This document shows, piece after piece, positions 45,160 to 52,778 of a DNA stretch of 64,000 bases (position 1 is its first letter; every line of letters begins with the position of its first letter). Location of the stretch: the NCBI GenBank assembly GCA_001822095.1, contig MHPP01000014.1, positions 1,662 to 65,661 on the forward strand, written 5' to 3'. The position numbers and the translations under genes are program-made. The notes under the pieces were generated by a model. The model saw nothing but the letters and a program-made list of their open reading frames with translations, had not been told where the DNA came from and ran no database searches. The DNA comes from Candidatus Staskawiczbacteria bacterium RIFOXYC1_FULL_38_18 (GTDB taxonomy: Bacteria > Patescibacteriota > Minisyncoccia > Minisyncoccales > Staskawiczbacteraceae).

Positions 45160-46776
45160 ATGAATCTAAAATCAGCAATCTATGGCAGGGTAAGTCCGAG
45201 TTCTAAAAAATCCATAGAAAACGAGACTATTGAAGACCAAACCGAAAAAAACAAAAAATTCATTATAAGAAATAATGATATTTTGGTTGATATTTATCCA
45301 GACGACCAATATTCTGGTCATTTGGAAAGAAGACCCAGTTTTGATAGATTATTAGAAGATGCAAAATTGGGTCGAATTGAATCTGTTTATATTACAAAAA
45401 TTGATAGACTTGCGAGGGACCCTGGGACGCAGATTTATTGTCTTAAGGAGTTAAAAAAATTAAATCTAAAAGTTTTTCTTGGTGGAGAACTTCTTGATGA
45501 CACACCCGAAGGAAAACTCTTGCTTGGTATACTCGGGCAATTTAGTGAATACGAGGCATCACAAATTGTCATAAGAACCACAAACGGAAGGTGGCGAAAA
45601 GCCAGAGCTGGAAAGATTATCGCCTCCGTTACTCGTTATGGTTTTAAGTTAGAATGGGTTAAAAGGGGAGATGAAAATATTAAAATAGTTTCGATAGATG
45701 AAAATGAATCTAAGGTAGTACTTTATATGTTTGATTTGATATTCAAATGCAGAAGCTGTCATCAGGTAGCTAAAAAATTATTTGAAGAGGGAATTAAAAC
45801 GAGAAATGGAAAAAATTGGGACGCAACCACGGTAAAAGGAGTTTTGACAGATAAAACTTATACAGGAATTTGGCACTACGGCAAAAGATTAGCAGTAGAA
45901 CCAAAGAAAAAGAGAAAGACATATTACAGGTGCCTTAATTCAAGCACAATGGCTAATCCGAACAAGGATGATATCATTTATTACAAAATTCCTGCAATAG
46001 TTAGTAAAGAAAGGTTTGACGCAGTCCAAGAGCTTTTAAAAGAAATTAGTAAAAGAAGAGTTGAAACAAAAAGATTTTATCTTTTAAACGGTATTTTAAG
46101 ATGTGCGAAATGCGGAGCTAAAATGTATGGGAGGAGTTTGTATGATAAAAGATACAATAGATATTATACATATTATTATTGTTCGACCAATTCAAAACCT
46201 TTTCACAAGGCTCCTTGCCCCACGAATCAAGTTAGAAGTAAGGATGTTGAAAAAACGGTTTGGGAGGCGGTGCAAAATATCTTTCATAATCCTGAAAATA
46301 TTTTGTCTTGCAACGAAGCATATTTGAAAGAAAACTATAATCAGGATAAAATAGCGGATGAGAAAAGGTTGCTACTTGCAGAACTAGAAAAAATAAGGCA
46401 AAATAAGATAAAGCAATTAGAGCTTTATGAGATAGACGATGTTATCGATAAGGTCGTTATTAAAGAAAGACTAAATTTTTTATCTGGTAAGGAGCAGTAC
46501 CTAAAAAAGAAATTAGAAGTTATTGATAAATCTGCAACAAGTTCAGAGATGAACAAACATTTAGTTGAGAGCGTAAAGGAATTTGGTAAGCTAATGGAGA
46601 TTGATTTGGAAAAAATGACCGATATTGAGAAAAAAGAATTGCTGATGGGAATGCTGGTATATGTGGAGTTTGACCCAGATAATATGGGCGTTAATGTTGT
46701 TGGAAGTATAGAAGGAATAGACACCGCAAATAAACTTGGGAAAAAGCTTGAGGTATTGAAATTATTAAGGACTTAA
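45160..46776 (+). CDS. Large serine recombinase (phage-type integrase)
   Basis: A resolvase N-domain (AIYGRVSPSSKKS, DRLARDP), a recombinase domain, a zinc ribbon (CAKCGAKMYG...C) and a coiled coil make up the 538-aa protein. Confidence 0.8.
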   Translation: MNLKSAIYGRVSPSSKKSIENETIEDQTEKNKKFIIRNNDILVDIYPDDQYSGHLERRPSFDRLLEDAKLGRIESVYITKIDRLARDPGTQIYCLKELKKLNLKVFLGGELLDDTPEGKLLLGILGQFSEYEASQIVIRTTNGRWRKARAGKIIASVTRYGFKLEWVKRGDENIKIVSIDENESKVVLYMFDLIFKCRSCHQVAKKLFEEGIKTRNGKNWDATTVKGVLTDKTYTGIWHYGKRLAVEPKKKRKTYYRCLNSSTMANPNKDDIIYYKIPAIVSKERFDAVQELLKEISKRRVETKRFYLLNGILRCAKCGAKMYGRSLYDKRYNRYYTYYYCSTNSKPFHKAPCPTNQVRSKDVEKTVWEAVQNIFHNPENILSCNEAYLKENYNQDKIADEKRLLLAELEKIRQNKIKQLELYEIDDVIDKVVIKERLNFLSGKEQYLKKKLEVIDKSATSSEMNKHLVESVKEFGKLMEIDLEKMTDIEKKELLMGMLVYVEFDPDNMGVNVVGSIEGIDTANKLGKKLEVLKLLRT

Positions 46777-46787
46777 AGTAGAATACA

Positions 46788-46821
46788 CGATATAATTAAA
46801 AATTTAAAATTTTAAATTCAA
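46788..46821. repeat. 34-bp AT-rich palindromic sequence; copy 2, 12 nt after the integrase stop (candidate att-like site)
   Basis: ataattaaaaatttaaaattttaaattcaaaatt is 33/34 identical to 2987-3020. Confidence 0.7.
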
Positions 46822-46829
46822 AATTAGCT

Positions 46830-47303
46830 ATGAAGGTAATACTGCTACAAGATATTGAGAACCTCGGAAAAAAATACGAAATAAAAGAGGTAAAGGACGG
46901 ATATGCCAGGAATTTTTTATTGCCTGGAAAAATGGCAAGAGCCGCTACTAGGCAAGCCTTAAAATGGCTTGGCGACCAAAAGGAAGTTATTGAAAAAGAG
47001 GCCGTGGAAGATTTAGCCAAAGTCCAGGCGTTGGCTTCTGCAATGGACGGGTTAGAGGTTTCTATCTCGGTAAAAATTGGGGAAGAGGGCCAGCTTTTTG
47101 AATCGATTAACAGCCAAAAAATTGCAGAAAAATTAAAGGAAATGGGATTTGAGGTTAAAAAATCGCAAATTTTGCTGGAAAACCCAATCAAGGAGACAGG
47201 AGAGTTTCCTGTGAAAATAAATCTTGACCATAATTTAGAGGTTGAGATAAAGGCGATCATTGCGGGAGAAGGCGGAACAAAAGAAGAGAAAGAAGAAGAG
47301 TAA
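46830..47303 (+). CDS. rplI: 50S ribosomal protein L9
   Basis: MKVILLQDIENLGKKYEIKEVKDGYARNFLLPGKMA is the L9 N-domain consensus. Confidence 0.85.
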   Translation: MKVILLQDIENLGKKYEIKEVKDGYARNFLLPGKMARAATRQALKWLGDQKEVIEKEAVEDLAKVQALASAMDGLEVSISVKIGEEGQLFESINSQKIAEKLKEMGFEVKKSQILLENPIKETGEFPVKINLDHNLEVEIKAIIAGEGGTKEEKEEE

Positions 47304-47310
47304 AAAATAC

Positions 47311-48960
47311 ATGAAATATATTTTTGTTACGGGAGGCGTAATGTCGGGAGTAGGCAAGGGCGTAGCAGCTGCCTCTATTGCCAAAATTCTTCAGTCGCGC
47401 GGCTTTGGCGTCACAGCAATCAAAATAGACCCATATGTAAATGTTGACGCAGGCACAATGAACCCCACAGAACACGGTGAGGTTTTTGTTTTAGACGACG
47501 GCATGGAATGCGACCAGGACATGGGCAACTACGAGAGGTTTTTGGACACCAGTTTGTCATCGGCAAACTACATGACAACAGGAAGCGTTTATTTGTCTGT
47601 AATCAACAAGGAACGGGCAATGGAATATGGCGGAAAACAGGTGGAAGTTGTTCCGCGGATACCGCTTGAAGTAATAGACAGGATTAACAAGGCGGCAAAA
47701 AAAGAAAAGGCGGAAATCGTTGTAACGGAAATTGGGGGTACCGTTGGCGAATATGAAAACCTGCTTTTTTTGGAGGCAATTAAGATGCTGAAATTAAAGC
47801 ATCACAAGGATGTGATTACGGTTTTGGTCAGCTATATACCGTCGCTGGGGGCAGGCGGAACTGAATTAAAAACAAAACCCACACAGCACGCTGTGCGAAA
47901 TTTAAATTCAGTTGGCATACAGCCGGATATAATTTTAGGGAGAGCCGGCGTTCCGCTTGACCAGAAGAGAAAAGAAAAAATCCAATTTATGTGCGGGCTT
48001 GAGGAGGGCGATGTCATTTCGGCTCCGAACGTGGAAAGCATTTATGAAGTTCCGATTAATTTTGAAAAGGATAATATTTCAGACCGCATTTTAAAAAAAC
48101 TCTCGCTTAAAGCCAAATCAAGAGACTTAAAGGAATGGAGGGGGCTTGTTGATGCCATACAAAACCCAGAAGGCGAGGTAAAAATAGGAATTGTTGGCAA
48201 ATATTTTGGGAGCGGGGATTTTATTCTGACCGACTCATATATTTCGGTTTTAGAGTCAATTAAACACGCCTCGTATTTTTGGCGGAAAAAGCCGGTTATT
48301 GAATGGTTGGACGCGGGCGCATATGAAAAAGACCAAAAAGGCATAAAAGAATTAGATAAATATGATGGTATAATTGTGCCGGGAGGTTTTGGAAACAGGG
48401 GCATAGAAGGAAAAATTAAAGCCATAGAATACTGCCGAAAAAATAAAATCCCATTTTTGGGCTTGTGCCTTGGACTCCAGCTTTCCGTAATTGAATTTGC
48501 AAGGAATGTTGCGGGAATAAAAGATGCCACATCGAGGGAATTTGTTAAAAATGCAAAAAATCCGGTAATAGATGTTATAGAAGAGCAAAAAAAAATGCTT
48601 AAACAAAAAAACTATGGCGGAACAATGAGATTAGGGGCTTACGACTGTGAGGTCCAACCGGGCACCATAAGCCATAAAGCCTATAAGGACTGGATTAAAG
48701 CCGGAAAAGGCCCATACACTATTTCAGAGAGGCACAGGCACAGGTACGAGGTAAACAACGACTACCGAAAACTATTAGAAGAAAAAGGACTGATAATCGC
48801 AGGCATAAACAAAAAAAAGAACCTTGTGGAAATTATTGAACATAATGGTCACCCATTTTTTGTGGCTACGCAATTTCATCCCGAGTTTAAGTCGCGCCCG
48901 CTAAAACCACACCCGTTGTTTAAGGAGTTTATTTCTGCGGCAACAAAAAAGCCTCGATAA
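47311..48960 (+). CDS. pyrG: CTP synthase
   Basis: The N-terminal synthetase domain (KYIFVTGGVMSGVGKG) and the C-terminal glutamine amidotransferase domain (GLCLGLQ, HRHRYEVN) are present. The internal Met 47311 is chosen over the ORF-track start. Confidence 0.9.
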   Translation: MKYIFVTGGVMSGVGKGVAAASIAKILQSRGFGVTAIKIDPYVNVDAGTMNPTEHGEVFVLDDGMECDQDMGNYERFLDTSLSSANYMTTGSVYLSVINKERAMEYGGKQVEVVPRIPLEVIDRINKAAKKEKAEIVVTEIGGTVGEYENLLFLEAIKMLKLKHHKDVITVLVSYIPSLGAGGTELKTKPTQHAVRNLNSVGIQPDIILGRAGVPLDQKRKEKIQFMCGLEEGDVISAPNVESIYEVPINFEKDNISDRILKKLSLKAKSRDLKEWRGLVDAIQNPEGEVKIGIVGKYFGSGDFILTDSYISVLESIKHASYFWRKKPVIEWLDAGAYEKDQKGIKELDKYDGIIVPGGFGNRGIEGKIKAIEYCRKNKIPFLGLCLGLQLSVIEFARNVAGIKDATSREFVKNAKNPVIDVIEEQKKMLKQKNYGGTMRLGAYDCEVQPGTISHKAYKDWIKAGKGPYTISERHRHRYEVNNDYRKLLEEKGLIIAGINKKKNLVEIIEHNGHPFFVATQFHPEFKSRPLKPHPLFKEFISAATKKPR

Positions 48961-48974
48961 GCAGGGCCTTTCAC

Positions 48975-49247
48975 CTAAATTACAGAGACTACTTTTGCAG
49001 ACCGCCTGGATCCGTCAAAAAGCTTCTTGGTTTTTGCAGAAAAAGACACAACACCGTTTTTCATGGCATAAATAGTATCGTCAGATCCCTTTTTGACATT
49101 TTTCCCCAAAAGATAGTGGGAGCCTCTCTGTCTTACAATTATTTCGCCAACCTTTACGGTTTCGCCCGCATAGGCCTTAATTCCCAGTCTTTGGCTTTCT
49201 GAATCCCTTCCAAGCCTGGAAGAGCCTCCTTGTTTAGTTTTGCTCAT
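48975..49247 (-). CDS. rpmA: 50S ribosomal protein L27
   Basis: GGSSRLGRDSESQRLGIKAYAGETVKVGEIIVRQRG matches bL27. Confidence 0.85.
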   Translation of the reverse strand: MSKTKQGGSSRLGRDSESQRLGIKAYAGETVKVGEIIVRQRGSHYLLGKNVKKGSDDTIYAMKNGVVSFSAKTKKLFDGSRRSAKVVSVI

Positions 49248-49430
49248 GTTTATGTTTTAGATTTTAATAATATTATGTTAGCAAAAATTATAGACTTTGT
49301 CAAACGCTATTTTAGTGATATAATATTATTTATTATAATAGTTTTATTAATGATGCTTTCGTTTGCAACAGGATACATAACCGCAAAAAATATTCAAAAA
49401 ACGCCAATAACAATAGAACAAAAACAATGA
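49230..49430 (+). CDS. Hypothetical small membrane protein
   Basis: A 66-aa ORF with a single TM helix. Its stop overlaps the uppS start. Confidence 0.3.
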   Translation: MFSFAHVYVLDFNNIMLAKIIDFVKRYFSDIILFIIIVLLMMLSFATGYITAKNIQKTPITIEQKQ

Positions 49431-50134
49431 CAGATAAAATTCCTCAACATATAGTTTTATTCCCGGACGGAAACCGGAGATGGGCAAAACAAAAAGGACT
49501 GCACACATTAGAAGGCCACAAAAAAGGATATGAAAACCTTTTGGATTTTTCAAGGTGGTGCAAAAATAGGGGAGTGAAAGTTCTCACCGCCTTTGGTTTC
49601 TCAACCGAAAACTGGAACAGGACGGAAGAAGAAGTGAGTTATTTAATGAAGCTTTTGGAAACAGGATTGATTAATAATTTTGAAAAATACCAAAATAGCG
49701 AGGAATACAAAAAAGAGGGGATTGGGGTAAGAGTCATTGGCCAAAAAGAACGCCTTCCAAAATCCCTACAGGAGGCAATAGAAAGAGTTGAGGAGGCCAC
49801 AAAAAATAACGATAAATTATTTTTAAACCTGGCTATCAGTTATGGAGGCAGGTGGGATATTTTAAACGCTGTAAAGAATATTATAAAGGAGGGGATTGAC
49901 CCGGAAAAAATAGACGAAAAATTATTTGAGACCTATTTATCAACTGCAGGCGTGCCCGTGCCCGACCTTATAATCCGCGCAGGCGGGGAAATGAGAATGT
50001 CCAATTTTGTGCTTTGGCAGGGGGCATATTCAGAGCTCTATTTTTGCCCAAAGCTTTGGCCGGATTTTACCGAGCAGGATCTGGACGCGGCGCTAGTCGA
50101 GTTTGACCGGCGTGCCCGCCGATTTGGAAAATGA
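49427..50134 (+). CDS. uppS: Undecaprenyl diphosphate synthase (cis-isoprenyl transferase)
   Basis: The HIVLFPDGNRRWAK and FSTENWNR motifs are present. Confidence 0.85.
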   Translation: MTDKIPQHIVLFPDGNRRWAKQKGLHTLEGHKKGYENLLDFSRWCKNRGVKVLTAFGFSTENWNRTEEEVSYLMKLLETGLINNFEKYQNSEEYKKEGIGVRVIGQKERLPKSLQEAIERVEEATKNNDKLFLNLAISYGGRWDILNAVKNIIKEGIDPEKIDEKLFETYLSTAGVPVPDLIIRAGGEMRMSNFVLWQGAYSELYFCPKLWPDFTEQDLDAALVEFDRRARRFGK

Positions 50135-50608
50135 TTTTGCCATATCCAGCCACTTAGATTTTCTTGGCCGAGCCTTATATTTACAGCATGCTTTTTGAAT
50201 TTCAATAAGAGAGTGCAAATCGCTTTTTTGCCAGGCAGCTAAATATTTGCCTTTGTTTTTTTGTATAATTTCAACTGCCTTGGCCCACATTTCAAAGTCT
50301 CTTTTTTTATCTCTAGCTAAAGCATTTTTCTTAAAAAACGGCACAACTATTTTAGCCACGTCGCTAATTTTCTGAACCGAAAACCTTGCCTGGCCTTTTG
50401 ATATTGAAACTTCTCCGCAACATAATTCCTTCTTAATTTTGTTTAAAATTCTCTCGTTTTCCTTTGGAGCAGTCACAACAAATTGGGCCTTCCATCTGTA
50501 ATAGGTGGGGGAGTTGGTTCTTTTGTGCCTGGTATCCTTGCGAAACTGCAAATCAAAACATCCGTCGCTATTTACTATTGTTGCAACGCTAAATTTTTCC
50601 TTTACCAT
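50093..50608 (-). CDS. LAGLIDADG-like homing endonuclease family protein (single-motif type)
   Basis: The N-terminal block VATIVNSDGCFDL resembles the LAGLIDADG consensus (GFIDGDGSF). The protein is about 170 aa and basic, and free-standing. Its 3' end overlaps the uppS 3' end convergently by ~40 nt. Confidence 0.4.
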   Translation of the reverse strand: MVKEKFSVATIVNSDGCFDLQFRKDTRHKRTNSPTYYRWKAQFVVTAPKENERILNKIKKELCCGEVSISKGQARFSVQKISDVAKIVVPFFKKNALARDKKRDFEMWAKAVEIIQKNKGKYLAAWQKSDLHSLIEIQKACCKYKARPRKSKWLDMAKSFSKSAGTPVKLD

Positions 50609-50658
50609 TGTTTTTAAAAAATTACTTATTTTAAATTATTAGACCTATTATACTATTT

Positions 50659-50698
50659 TAATTGTGCGACAAGCAATAGCTGCTGCTATTGTGCGACA
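50659..50698. promoter_or_regulatory. Two adjacent copies of the recurring TTGTGCGACA(A/G) inverted-repeat motif
   Basis: taATTGTGCGACAAgcaatagctgctgctATTGTGCGACAGatt lies in the divergent region between the LAGLIDADG-like gene and the ABC transporter. The other copies are listed in findings. Confidence 0.5.
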
Positions 50699-50746
50699 GA
50701 TTAGATTTGAATAAAATTAAAAACTTGCGGCAGGGCCAGTTTTTGT

Positions 50747-50774
50747 TATCCTTGACATATTTTAATTGTATGAT
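50747..50774 (+). promoter_or_regulatory. sigma70 promoter TTGACA-16-TAGAAT for the ABC exporter
   Basis: ccTTGACAtattttaattgtatgaTAGAATtt. Confidence 0.55.
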
Positions 50775-50854
50775 AGAATTTAGTTAGTCCTGACGGTGAT
50801 AATGTGTCATCGTCCTGAACCAAAACAGAATAACGAGAGAAGGGAAGCTAGCAA

Positions 50855-52597
50855 ATGAAAACGATCTTCAAAGCCTACTGGCCGACTGCAAAAAAGTATG
50901 GCTGGCTAATGCTGGTCATGCTGTTTTGCATGGTGATGAGCGTGTTGGCGAATGCCGCGTACCCATTTCTTCTGCGGCAGTTCCTAGACGGATTTACCTG
51001 CGATTCTGGCGATGATATCATCATGCAGACGCTGTGGCGCGTTTTCTGGCTGATTGTTGCGGCTAACGCGGCGTGGCTTGGCCTTGATTTGGCGACTGCT
51101 TACTTTGAACCTAGCAGTATGCGGGACCTTGACCAGCGCAGTTTTCGTGCCCTTCAGGCGCAATCCATGAGATTTTTTGAAGACTCATTGGCAGGAGCGC
51201 TTGCTAAGGTCGCCGGAAAATTCTGCAACTCTTTTGAGGGGATTATTGACCAAATCATTTACAGCCTCGGCCGTAGTCTAACCATGATTTTGCTGACATT
51301 TGCGGTGTTCATCTATGAGAGTCCGATGTTGGCCTTGGCCTTTGGCGTTTGGATCGCCATTTACCTTGCCATCAGCATCTACTTTGCTGTTTTGAGAATG
51401 AGGTGGGGCCAGGTAGTCTCCGAAAAAGACTCTGCCGTAGGTGGGGCTTTTACAGACGCATGTATCAACCAGCCAGCCATCAAGGCATTTGGAATGGAGC
51501 GCGAGGAACAGCAACGGTTTGACAGCACCACAGAAGATTGTTATGTGCACAGGAAAAGCACATATCTGCGAGGCATGATGCTTCTGCGCGTGCAAGGAAT
51601 TGCGGCTGGCGCTTTCGAGTTCATTGTTCTCTGTATGCTTGTGCGAGGTTGGTATAACAAAACCGTAACCGTGGGAGATTTCGTATTTTTCCAAAGTTAC
51701 GTGATAATTCTGATGTCTCAGATATGGAACATTGGGATTTCAACCAACCGCATCTTTCGCTATTTGGCGGATGCGAAGCAGATGGCAGAGATTTTTGCAA
51801 GGGAGTCTGAGGTGCAGGATGCTCCCGGCGCGCGGCCACTGATTGTTGAAGATGGAAAAATTGAGTTTCACTCAGTCAGCTTCAACTACGGCAATCAGAG
51901 TGCGCATCACGACAGCACCATCGAGGATTTCACGTTGCTGGTCCAGCCAGGCCAGACACTAGCCTTTGTGGGCCATAGCGGCGCAGGAAAAAGCACTCTG
52001 GCAAAACTTATTCTCCGCCTCTATGACATCCACTCCGGCTACATCCGCATTGATAATCAGGACATTGCAAACGTGACGCAATTGTCTCTGCGCCGGCAGA
52101 TCGCAGTCGTGCCGCAAGATCCTGATCTTTTTCACAGAAGCCTCCGGGAAAATATTGCCTTTGCAAATCCCGAAGCATCTGAGGAGGAGATTATTGCGGC
52201 CACCAAACGCGCGCATGCATGGGAATTCATCCAGCGCCTTCCCAAAGGCCTGGATACTATTGTCGGCGAACGCGGCACGAAACTTTCTGGCGGCCAACGG
52301 CAACGGATTGCTCTGGCCCGGGCATTTCTTGCAGATGCTCCCATTCTTATTTTGGACGAGGCGACAAGCGCGCTTGACAGCAAAACGGAACACAAGATTC
52401 AGTCTGCGATTGCAGACCTGCTTGTGGGCCGGACCTGCATTGTCATCGCACATCGTTTTTCCACAATCAAGAACGCGAGCCGGATTATAGTCATGGAAGA
52501 TGGGGCCATCAAGGAAGACGGCACGCACAAAGAGCTACTCTCTCAAGATGGCGTATACGCCAGCCTCTGGAAACACCAGAGCGGCTACATCAAGTAG
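50855..52597 (+). CDS. ABC transporter, fused permease/ATP-binding exporter (MsbA/half-transporter type), GC-rich gene
   Basis: Six N-terminal TM helices are present. Walker A (GHSGAGKST), the ABC signature LSGGQRQRIALARA, Walker B ILILDEATSALD and an H-loop are present. Its GC content is visibly higher than that of its neighbours. Confidence 0.8.
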   Translation: MKTIFKAYWPTAKKYGWLMLVMLFCMVMSVLANAAYPFLLRQFLDGFTCDSGDDIIMQTLWRVFWLIVAANAAWLGLDLATAYFEPSSMRDLDQRSFRALQAQSMRFFEDSLAGALAKVAGKFCNSFEGIIDQIIYSLGRSLTMILLTFAVFIYESPMLALAFGVWIAIYLAISIYFAVLRMRWGQVVSEKDSAVGGAFTDACINQPAIKAFGMEREEQQRFDSTTEDCYVHRKSTYLRGMMLLRVQGIAAGAFEFIVLCMLVRGWYNKTVTVGDFVFFQSYVIILMSQIWNIGISTNRIFRYLADAKQMAEIFARESEVQDAPGARPLIVEDGKIEFHSVSFNYGNQSAHHDSTIEDFTLLVQPGQTLAFVGHSGAGKSTLAKLILRLYDIHSGYIRIDNQDIANVTQLSLRRQIAVVPQDPDLFHRSLRENIAFANPEASEEEIIAATKRAHAWEFIQRLPKGLDTIVGERGTKLSGGQRQRIALARAFLADAPILILDEATSALDSKTEHKIQSAIADLLVGRTCIVIAHRFSTIKNASRIIVMEDGAIKEDGTHKELLSQDGVYASLWKHQSGYIK

Positions 52598-52607
52598 TAA
52601 TCGCCAT

Positions 52608-52641
52608 GTCCCGGCACAGCAATGTGTCCGGGACTTTTTTA
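52608..52641 (+). terminator. Rho-independent terminator
   Basis: gtcccggcacagcaatgtgtccgggac is followed by TTTTTT. Confidence 0.75.
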
Positions 52642-52778
52642 TTGCCTTGCCTCGCCGGAGCTTTTAGCGAAGGCGGGTGCGACAAGTGATTAAATAATAT
52701 ATTTTGCAGAACATATATTTCGCGACATTTGTTTGACTTTTATAAAAAATAGAGCCAAGCTTAAATAATTGAAAAGTT

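Larger units (their letters stand above)
35590..46790 (+). mobile_element. Prophage-like / integrative element (minimum extent; may begin at ~31433)
   Basis: The right end carries a small plus a large serine recombinase. Cargo includes a ParB-N::MTase, an HTH Rep-like protein, a superinfection immunity protein, a HEPN/Abi-like protein, an NlpC/P60 hydrolase and many strong promoter/terminator pairs. Its genes are atypical in GC content. rplI follows at 46830. Confidence 0.5.

Noticed and set aside
46103-46327. Internal plus-strand ORF and several minus-strand ORFs inside the large serine recombinase gene (46425-46724 minus etc.)
   Set aside because: They overlap a well-supported 538-aa recombinase and are low-complexity translations of AT-rich sequence.
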